DNA of 16,116 bases from Sulfurimonadaceae bacterium (GTDB lineage: Bacteria > Campylobacterota > Campylobacteria > Campylobacterales > Sulfurimonadaceae): assembly GCA_041562555.1 (NCBI GenBank), contig JBFEXS010000048.1:1-16116 (forward strand). The letters run 5' to 3'. Made by a program: the position numbers and the translations under genes. Position 1 is the stretch's first letter. Every line of letters starts with the position of its first letter. Below are positions 9,858 to 16,116 of this stretch, piece by piece. The notes below the pieces were generated by a model that had not been told where the DNA came from, made no database searches, and saw only the letters and a list, made by a program, of their open reading frames with translations.

Positions 9858-9882
9858 TCTTAAAAGGAGAACCCTTTTAAGA
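9858..9882 (-). terminator. Probable terminator hairpin of yeiH
   Basis: Perfect 10-bp inverted repeat TCTTAAAAGG-AGAAC-CCTTTTAAGA, 14 nt past the yeiH stop. Confidence 0.65.
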
Positions 9883-9896
9883 GGAAGTTGTAGAAA

Positions 9897-10997
9897 TTAG
9901 AAGGTAGCCACAACCCACTGTGTGATGATAAATCCGCCAACGACAAGCCAGATGAACATACCTCCCGCCGTATAAACCGGAGCGAGTCCAAGTCCTTTGA
10001 ACTTAGCGAATCGCGTACCCATACCAAGTGCTGTCATCGCCATCGTCAACAAAAACGTATCGATGATATTGATATCCGAAATAATCGTCTTGATCAATTC
10101 TGCCGTATCTGCCGGTGCACTCATCGTATAGTTATGTATCAATGAGTTAATACCTGCCATTCCTACAAAATAGACGGCGAACCAAGGAATCACAAGTTTG
10201 ACTTTTGAACCTTCACCACCTGATCTCTTTGCAGAATATGAAAGGAACAGACCAAGGACGATCAGCATAGGCGCGATCATGATAACCCGTGTCATCTTAA
10301 CGATAACCGCAGAATTCGCCATTTCCTGCGGAGCACCCATCACTGAGGCAGGCACGGCAACGACCTGAGCCACTTCATGAATTGTACCACCAACGTAGAT
10401 ACCAAAAGTAGATGGGCTCATATGTAAAAAACCTGTCGCGGGTTCTATGATCGCCGAATACAGTACCGGATATAAGAACATCGAAATCGTTCCAAATAAC
10501 ACAACCATAGATACGGCAATTGCCGTTTTATGCTCTTGCGCCTTAACCACAGGCTCTGTTGCCAGTACCGCAGCTGCACCACACACCGATGCCCCTGAAG
10601 CCGTTAAGATAGAAGTGTCTTTCTCCATCTTAAAGACCTTATGGCCTAACCATATCCCGATAATCATCGTCGTAGAGAGCATCAAAAAAGAGACCATAAA
10701 GCCTTCCACACCCACCTCGGCTATTTGCTGAAAGGTGATTCTAAATCCATAAAACACAATAGCAAAGCGCAGGATCTTCTTACCTGAGAAGACAATTCCC
10801 GGCTCCCATTCTGATGGAAACTTATTATGTAATGTGTTCGCATAAAAGATCCCGATAACAATACCCACAACCAATGGTGAGATCCCCAATTTTGCCACCG
10901 GTCCAAGTTCAGATATATACGTCGCTGCTGAAGCGACCAGGGCAACAAAAATGATACCGCTGATGGTACCTTTGCGTTTTTCTTTAGAAAAAGCCAT
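9897..10997 (-). CDS. yeiH: YeiH/UPF0324-family inner membrane protein (putative sulfate/sulfite exporter), 366 aa
   Basis: Motifs LRFAIVFYGF, GASVCGAAAVLA, GGTIHEVAQVVA, AVIVKMTRV, IPWFA and AMTALG, with about 10 TM segments. Start set at the ATG at 10997 with an AAAGGA RBS. Confidence 0.92.
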   Translation of the reverse strand: MAFSKEKRKGTISGIIFVALVASAATYISELGPVAKLGISPLVVGIVIGIFYANTLHNKFPSEWEPGIVFSGKKILRFAIVFYGFRITFQQIAEVGVEGFMVSFLMLSTTMIIGIWLGHKVFKMEKDTSILTASGASVCGAAAVLATEPVVKAQEHKTAIAVSMVVLFGTISMFLYPVLYSAIIEPATGFLHMSPSTFGIYVGGTIHEVAQVVAVPASVMGAPQEMANSAVIVKMTRVIMIAPMLIVLGLFLSYSAKRSGGEGSKVKLVIPWFAVYFVGMAGINSLIHNYTMSAPADTAELIKTIISDINIIDTFLLTMAMTALGMGTRFAKFKGLGLAPVYTAGGMFIWLVVGGFIITQWVVATF

Positions 10998-11164
10998 ACA
11001 ATTCCTTTGTTTATTTGTCCACGTAGGAACTATTGAATAATTTGCGGGTATTATAATAGCTTTCAATACATAAGTAAAATAAATTATAATTTGAAAATCG
11101 TTAAATATTATTGATCTTATACATCCGTGCTCTCATCCATCAGCCTTGGTGCTCATTTCACATC

Positions 11165-11234
11165 AACTGCACTTCGTTTGTTTTAGAGAAACTGCACTTC
11201 GTTTGTTTTAGAGAAACTGCACTTCGTTTGTTTT
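11165..11234. repeat. Perfect tandem repeat, 25-bp unit x 2.8
   Basis: Unit AACTGCACTTCGTTTGTTTTAGAGA at 11165-11189 and 11190-11214, plus its first 20 bp at 11215-11234. There are no spacers. Confidence 0.97.
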
Positions 11235-11242
11235 GATATAAT
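11234..11242 (+). promoter_or_regulatory. Extended -10 promoter of nnr-purN
   Basis: TGATATAAT is a perfect TGnTATAAT, 18 nt before the ATG at 11261, with an AAAGG RBS between. Confidence 0.7.
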
Positions 11243-11260
11243 TACACTATATAAAGGTCC

Positions 11261-12658
11261 ATGATGCAAAATCTTTTTTATGAAGTTGATTCTCTTGACA
11301 AGCGCGCATATACACAGTTCCATATGAGCGAAGAGCTCCTTATGGAGCATGCAGCCAACGGTATGGCAAACTTTATCAAACAACATTATTCCGATATGGA
11401 CTCGATCCTGATCGTATGTGGATCCGGGAATAATGGAGCAGACGGTATCGTATTAGCCCGTCTCCTGCATCCTTCTTATGATGTGAAGCTCTATTTACAC
11501 AAAGAACCTTCCACACCTATTGGCCAGCTTCAACTCAAACGTGCCAATGCTATCGGTCTTCAGACCATTAATACTCCTGAGGAGTGTGATATCATCGTGG
11601 ATGCACTGTTTGGTTCCGGGCTCAATCGAGAGATGGATCAAGAGAGTTCCGCCTTACTGGAACAGCTCAACCTCTATTCCGGCATTAAAATAGCCTGTGA
11701 TATGCCTTCAGGTCTCAATAAAGACGGACACCTATACAGGCATGCTTTTATCGCTGACATCACTCTGACCATGGGGGCACTTAAACGAGGTCTTTATAGC
11801 GACAGAGCCAAGGAGAATGTCGGTGATGTCCATCAACTCGATCTAGGGATCAACCGAGGGCTTTACGAACTTTCAAGCAATTGGAAACTATTGGATACAA
11901 ACGATTTGCGACCACCTCATCGCCATAAAAGAAATACCCATAAAGGGAACTTTGGACATCTAAGTCTTATCCATGGCGAAAAGGAAGGTGCAGCAATCAT
12001 CGCAGCTTTAAGTGCTTTGCATTATGGGGCAGGTTTGGTAAGCCTTGTAGGTGAAAAGATAACGCATTTGCCTTACACACTGATGCAAGACACGGATCTG
12101 CCTGAAAACACAAGTGCTATCGCCTGCGGAATGGGCTTGGGAAAAACATTTCAACGCGATCGTCTCTCTACCATATTCGCCCGACACAGCAATATCCCCC
12201 TGATCCTGGATGCCGATATCTTCTATCACTCCATATTCTATGATCTCCTGCATAAAGAACTGATCATTACACCGCATCCCAAAGAGTTCGTTCACATACT
12301 AAAGACGACATGCTTGGCTGATATCAGCGTACACGAACTTCAGGAGGATCGTTTCAAATATGTCAAGCTCTTTAATGAAAAGTATCCTCACATTGTTTTA
12401 ATCCTCAAAGGGGCGAATACCATTATTGCGCAACATGATCATTTTTACATCAACCCCCATGGAACATCTGCCCTGGCCAAAGGCGGAAGCGGAGATGTAC
12501 TCAGTGGTTTATGCGGAGCCCTATTGGCACAGGGGTATTCTGCGTTGGAAGCTGCTATTCAGGCCTCACTTGCTCAGACACTTGCTTTGAAAAAGGTTGA
12601 GAAAAACTCCTATGCCTACACCCCCCAAGACATTATCCAAGGATTATCCCATTTATGA
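11261..12658 (+). CDS. nnr: Bifunctional NAD(P)H-hydrate epimerase/dehydratase (YjeF, NnrE-NnrD fusion)
   Basis: Epimerase motifs LMEHAA, CGSGNNGADG, DALFGSG and DMPSG; dehydratase motifs HKGNFG, LDAD, ITPHPKEF, LKG and LAKGGSGDVLSG. The start may be 11264. Confidence 0.95.
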   Translation: MMQNLFYEVDSLDKRAYTQFHMSEELLMEHAANGMANFIKQHYSDMDSILIVCGSGNNGADGIVLARLLHPSYDVKLYLHKEPSTPIGQLQLKRANAIGLQTINTPEECDIIVDALFGSGLNREMDQESSALLEQLNLYSGIKIACDMPSGLNKDGHLYRHAFIADITLTMGALKRGLYSDRAKENVGDVHQLDLGINRGLYELSSNWKLLDTNDLRPPHRHKRNTHKGNFGHLSLIHGEKEGAAIIAALSALHYGAGLVSLVGEKITHLPYTLMQDTDLPENTSAIACGMGLGKTFQRDRLSTIFARHSNIPLILDADIFYHSIFYDLLHKELIITPHPKEFVHILKTTCLADISVHELQEDRFKYVKLFNEKYPHIVLILKGANTIIAQHDHFYINPHGTSALAKGGSGDVLSGLCGALLAQGYSALEAAIQASLAQTLALKKVEKNSYAYTPQDIIQGLSHL

Positions 12659-13209
12659 AAAAAATTGTAATACTTTTTAGCGGACAGGGTTCGAACATGC
12701 TTCGTATCCTTGAAGAAGTTGCGAAGCATGATACTATTCATGTCGTTGCCACCATATGCAATAAAAAAGATGCACCGGGAATTGAACGTCTCAAGCCCTT
12801 TGATATCCCTGTCAATATTATCGAGCACCAAAACTATGACTCACGAGAGGCATTTGATCAGGCTTTGGTAAGCCGTATCCATTATTATCAGCCGGACCTT
12901 GTCGTTTTGGCAGGATTTATGCGTATCCTTACTCCCGTGTTTACCAGTGCGGTAAAAGCAATCAACCTTCATCCTTCTATGCTACCTCTTTTCAAGGGGG
13001 CAAAAGCGATCGAACAGAGTTATGAACAACCGGACAAACCGGCAGGCGTATCGATACATTGGGTAAGTGAAGAATTGGACGGGGGTTCTGTCATCGCTCA
13101 AAAAGAACTCAAACGTATCGAAGGAGAGAGCTTTGACTCCTTTAAAAACCGTATCCACTTACTTGAATATGAACTTTTACCACAAACCGTAATCAGTTTA
13201 CTTCAATAA
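12655..13209 (+). CDS. purN: Phosphoribosylglycinamide formyltransferase
   Basis: Motifs LFSGQGSN, VLAGFMRIL, INLHPSMLPLFKG and ELDGG; ATGA overlap with nnr. Confidence 0.96.
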   Translation: MKKIVILFSGQGSNMLRILEEVAKHDTIHVVATICNKKDAPGIERLKPFDIPVNIIEHQNYDSREAFDQALVSRIHYYQPDLVVLAGFMRILTPVFTSAVKAINLHPSMLPLFKGAKAIEQSYEQPDKPAGVSIHWVSEELDGGSVIAQKELKRIEGESFDSFKNRIHLLEYELLPQTVISLLQ

Positions 13210-13347
13210 GCTATCAGATTGTCTGTGTTATAAAGCACCTCAAATATGCGATTTCATTACATCGTGACTTGATTCACATCTAATGGATATCTCAAAAAAT
13301 GCATGAATCACTTATGCGTTGACACAAAAACAGATCAGGAAACAAAT

Positions 13348-14127
13348 ATGGATAACATCTTAAAAATCGGGAAATATGAACTAGGATCACGCCTTATCGT
13401 TGGTAGTGGAAAATATGCTGACTTCGAAACAACAAAGGCTGCGACACTTGCTTCAGGTTCCGAGCTTATTACCGTTGCTGTACGTCGCTTAAATATTACC
13501 GACCCAAACAAAGAGAACCTGCGTGACACCTTTAAAGGTACAAATGTAAAATTTCTTCCAAATTCGGCAGGATGTACCACTGCAGAAGAGGCAATTACAC
13601 TTTTTCGTCTGACACGTGAAGCGACCGGTATTGATCTGATCAAACTTGAAGTCATTGGAGACACAGAAAAAACACTTTATCCAGACGTACTTGAAACGAT
13701 AGAAGCATGTAAAGTCCTTGCAAAAGACGGCTTCACTATTATGGCATACACTTCGGATGATCCAATCATGGCAAAACGTCTTGAAGATGCCGGCGCCCAT
13801 GCCGTCATGCCACTTGCTGCACCGATCGGTTCAGGTCTTGGTGTCCAAAATCCATATAATGTTGTATTCGTAAGAGAAGCGGTAAGTGTACCGGTAATCG
13901 TAGATGCGGGAATCGGTTGTGCATCTGATGCGGCATACGCAATGGAACTTGGTGCAGAGGGCGTACTGACGAACACTGCCATCGCACAGGCTCAAGATCC
14001 AATGAAAATGGCAGAAGCGATGAAACATGCAGTCATTGCAGGACGTATGTCTTACCTGTCCGGACGTATCCCAAAACGCCCATATGCTACAGCGAGTTCA
14101 CCTGTTGACGGTATGATTCAGTTTTAA
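13348..14127 (+). CDS. thiG: Thiazole synthase (259 aa)
   Basis: Motifs [23 protein letters not shown], Schiff-base [18 protein letters not shown] and VDAGIG. Start set at the ATG at 13348 with an AGGA RBS. Confidence 0.97.
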   Translation: MDNILKIGKYELGSRLIVGSGKYADFETTKAATLASGSELITVAVRRLNITDPNKENLRDTFKGTNVKFLPNSAGCTTAEEAITLFRLTREATGIDLIKLEVIGDTEKTLYPDVLETIEACKVLAKDGFTIMAYTSDDPIMAKRLEDAGAHAVMPLAAPIGSGLGVQNPYNVVFVREAVSVPVIVDAGIGCASDAAYAMELGAEGVLTNTAIAQAQDPMKMAEAMKHAVIAGRMSYLSGRIPKRPYATASSPVDGMIQF

Positions 14128-14220
14128 ACAAATCATTCTTTTAGCAATACAGGCGTTTCTTTAGAAAACGTCCATATGCAACTGTTTCAGATGGTATGAT
14201 ACCGTTCTAAGACCACTCAG

Positions 14221-14239
14221 GAGGATAGTATCTATCCTC
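14221..14239. terminator. Hairpin between convergent thiG and the transporter
   Basis: GAGGATAG-TAT-CTATCCTC is a perfect 8-bp stem; a second imperfect hairpin lies at about 14152-14173. Confidence 0.55.
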
Positions 14240-14265
14240 ATCTTGATCAGACTTCCTTACACATC

Positions 14266-15606
14266 CTAAAATACATTCAACAGATTTAGCATCACGACAA
14301 ACAGTGCCGGTGGGACAAGGTACCGTAATACACTGTACCATACTATAAAAAGTGTGTCATTCATCGAAGTCTTCAAGATAGAACGCACCTGATCCTTAGG
14401 CATTACATATCCAACGAATATTGCCATCACAAGGCCACCCGACGGTAAAAGGATCGATGCTGTAATAAAATCAAGCCAATCAAAAAAGTTTTTACCTGCA
14501 AAGCTCAACATGCCCGAGAATTCATTCGTATTGGCTAACAATGCGACAATACCGATAAGATAAAAAGCCACTCCCGCTACCGATGCTGCTTTAAAACGCG
14601 TGTAGTTATACCGGTCTATAAGATATTGCACCATAGGCTCCAGAAGGGAAACGGCAGAAGTCAAACCCGCAAAGGCTAATCCGATAAAAAAGAGTACCGC
14701 CAGAAAGGTTCCCGGACCTCCCATCTCATAAAAGACAGCCGGAAGTGAGATAAATACCAGCCCCGGCCCCTTAGAAGGTTCGGCTCCATATTGAAACAAG
14801 AAGGTAAATAACATCAATCCCGCAATGATCGCGATACCTGTATCCAGGCCGACAACAAGCAAAGAGGTGCGCGTTAGATTGGCCTCCTTAGGCAAGGATG
14901 CAGAATAGGTCAAAATCGATGCCATCCCCAGCGATAAAGTAAAAAAAGCATGCCCAACAGCATTTACCAAAGCTTCAGAATCTATCTTCGACCAATCCGG
15001 CAGAAACATGAACTCCCACGCTTTTGAAAAGGCATCCAAACTCATCGCATAAAAGAACATCCCCGAAAGAATGATGATCAGCATTGGCATGAGAAGATAG
15101 TTAAGTTTTTCGATTCCGCCCTTAATCCCTCTGATAACGACCAATGTAATCACCAAAAATGCCAAAGTATGGTAAAAAATCTGTATGCCAATGTCCGCTG
15201 TGAGCAGCTGAGTAAAGCTTGACTCTGCTTCTTTTACCGAAGTAGGCAAGGATGTGATCGCAACTGCTATATAATGGAAGATCCATCCAATAACAACAGA
15301 ATAAAATGTCAGGATCATCAAACCAGTAAAGACCATGAACCCGGCATACTTCCATCTCTCTTTTTTTACAGGAGAAAGTTTTTCAAATGCACCCACGGCA
15401 TCCAAACGTCCAGCATAACCGATCAACATCTCTGCAATCATCACACTAAAACCGATAAACAAAACAGTGATCAGATAGATCAAGACAAAGGCTCCGCCCC
15501 CTGACTCACCCGTGATATAAGGAAATTTCCATATGTTCCCCAAACCGACAGCTGAGCCCGCTGCAGCCAAAACAAATCCGATCTGTGTAAAACGTGCAAT
15601 TTTCAT
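14266..15606 (-). CDS. Sodium-dependent transporter, neurotransmitter:sodium symporter (NSS/SNF, LeuT-like) family, 446 aa
   Basis: Motifs AAAGSAVGLGNIWKFPY, GGGAF, FYSVVIGW, GIKGGIEK, AFFTLSLG, GPGLVFISLP and AGLTSAVSLLE. The ATG at 15606 has an AAGGG RBS. Confidence 0.95.
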   Translation of the reverse strand: MKIARFTQIGFVLAAAGSAVGLGNIWKFPYITGESGGGAFVLIYLITVLFIGFSVMIAEMLIGYAGRLDAVGAFEKLSPVKKERWKYAGFMVFTGLMILTFYSVVIGWIFHYIAVAITSLPTSVKEAESSFTQLLTADIGIQIFYHTLAFLVITLVVIRGIKGGIEKLNYLLMPMLIIILSGMFFYAMSLDAFSKAWEFMFLPDWSKIDSEALVNAVGHAFFTLSLGMASILTYSASLPKEANLTRTSLLVVGLDTGIAIIAGLMLFTFLFQYGAEPSKGPGLVFISLPAVFYEMGGPGTFLAVLFFIGLAFAGLTSAVSLLEPMVQYLIDRYNYTRFKAASVAGVAFYLIGIVALLANTNEFSGMLSFAGKNFFDWLDFITASILLPSGGLVMAIFVGYVMPKDQVRSILKTSMNDTLFIVWYSVLRYLVPPALFVVMLNLLNVF

Positions 15607-15696
15607 CAAAACCCTTAACAATGATGTTTGATTATACTCAATTGATGTTTAAAAATATTTCTATTCTATATTTTTTTTCATTTCTTCAAATTTCTA

Positions 15697-15725
15697 TTGA
15701 CATTAGTTCACCTTTTGTATATAAT
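15697..15725 (+). promoter_or_regulatory. Consensus sigma70 promoter of the tRNA operon
   Basis: TTGACA (15697-15702), a 17-bp spacer and TATAAT (15720-15725), with an AT-rich upstream tract. Confidence 0.9.
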
Positions 15726-15756
15726 TTCGCCTCATCAATTTATTGTTGAGACGTGT

Positions 15757-15834
15757 CGGGGCGTAGCTCAGTATGGTTAGAGTACCTGGTTTGGGACCAG
15801 GGGGTCGAAGGTTCGAGTCCTTTCGCCCCGACCA
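15757..15834 (+). tRNA. tRNA-Pro(TGG)
   Basis: Acceptor CGGGGCG/CGCCCCG, anticodon arm CCTGG-TT TGG GA-CCAGG, TTCGAGT T-loop and encoded CCA. Confidence 0.98.
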
Positions 15835-15879
15835 CTTTTTTATTTTTATATTTTCAATACTTCATTATCATAAACATAT

Positions 15880-15957
15880 GGTGGGATTAGCTCAGTTGGT
15901 TAGAGTATCTGGTTGTGGTTCAGAGGGTCGCGGGTTCGAATCCCGTATTCCACCCCA
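15880..15957 (+). tRNA. tRNA-His(GTG), including G-1
   Basis: G-1 with C73, acceptor GTGGGAT/ATTCCAC, anticodon arm TCTGG-TT GTG GT-TCAGA, TTCGAAT T-loop and CCA. Confidence 0.98.
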
Positions 15958-16039
15958 TTGATACATTGGAAATTAAAAGTAGCTCGGCTTCTCTAAAAGC
16001 TCTCTATTTCATAGGGTTTTTTGATTTGCCAACAACGAT

Positions 16040-16116
16040 GCGCCCGTGGCTCAACTGGATAGAGTAACGGACTTCGAATCCGTTGGTTACAGGTTCGAAT
16101 CCTGTCGGGCGCACCA
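16040..16116 (+). tRNA. tRNA-Arg(TCG)
   Basis: Acceptor GCGCCCG/CGGGCGC, anticodon arm ACGGA-CT TCG AA-TCCGT and TTCGAAT T-loop. The CCA ends at the last base of the window. Confidence 0.97.

Noticed and set aside
11165..11234. CRISPR array (the unit contains GTTTTAGAG, like the start of type II-A repeats)
   Set aside because: The units are head-to-tail with no unique spacers, there are fewer than three full copies, and there are no cas genes in the window.
11183..11386. 67-aa minus-strand ORF running into the tandem repeat
   Set aside because: It is antisense to the nnr start, and the 25-bp unit is not a multiple of three, which argues against a coding repeat.
12008..15504. Shadow ORFs over nnr, purN, thiG and the NSS transporter
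   Set aside because: They are nested in confidently identified genes and have no independent support.
15773..15961. 62-aa ORF with an internal repeat (GRRFES/GRGFES)
   Set aside because: It is a translation of tRNA-Pro and tRNA-His; the repeat reflects the conserved D- and T-arms.

Overview
A chromosomal housekeeping segment from a flagellated Campylobacterota (Epsilonproteobacteria) bacterium, probably Sulfurimonas-like. This placement is inferred from the H. pylori-type NifU N-terminus, the gene order and tRNA-Arg(TCG). Gene order: nifU (partial)<-nifS<-fliI<-folE | tig->clpP->degenerate GGDEF protein->def-> <-31-aa hydrophobic small ORF | yifB/comM-like ATPase-> <-hypothetical <-yeiH | 25-bp tandem repeat, nnr->purN->thiG-> <-NSS transporter | tRNA-Pro, tRNA-His, tRNA-Arg. 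The fliI-folE/tig-clpP-def-yifB-nnr-purN backbone matches the order I recall from Campylobacter. I found no mobile element, CRISPR array or defence system. The most interesting signals are: (1) a catalytically degenerate GGDEF protein with an intact RxxD site directly downstream of clpP, a candidate c-di-GMP receptor or Clp adaptor; (2) a small membrane-peptide gene missing from the ORF track, with its own promoter, a long structured leader and a hairpin; (3) two apparently leaderless convergent genes; (4) a perfect 25-bp tandem repeat in the nnr-purN promoter; (5) several candidate operators upstream of nifS.
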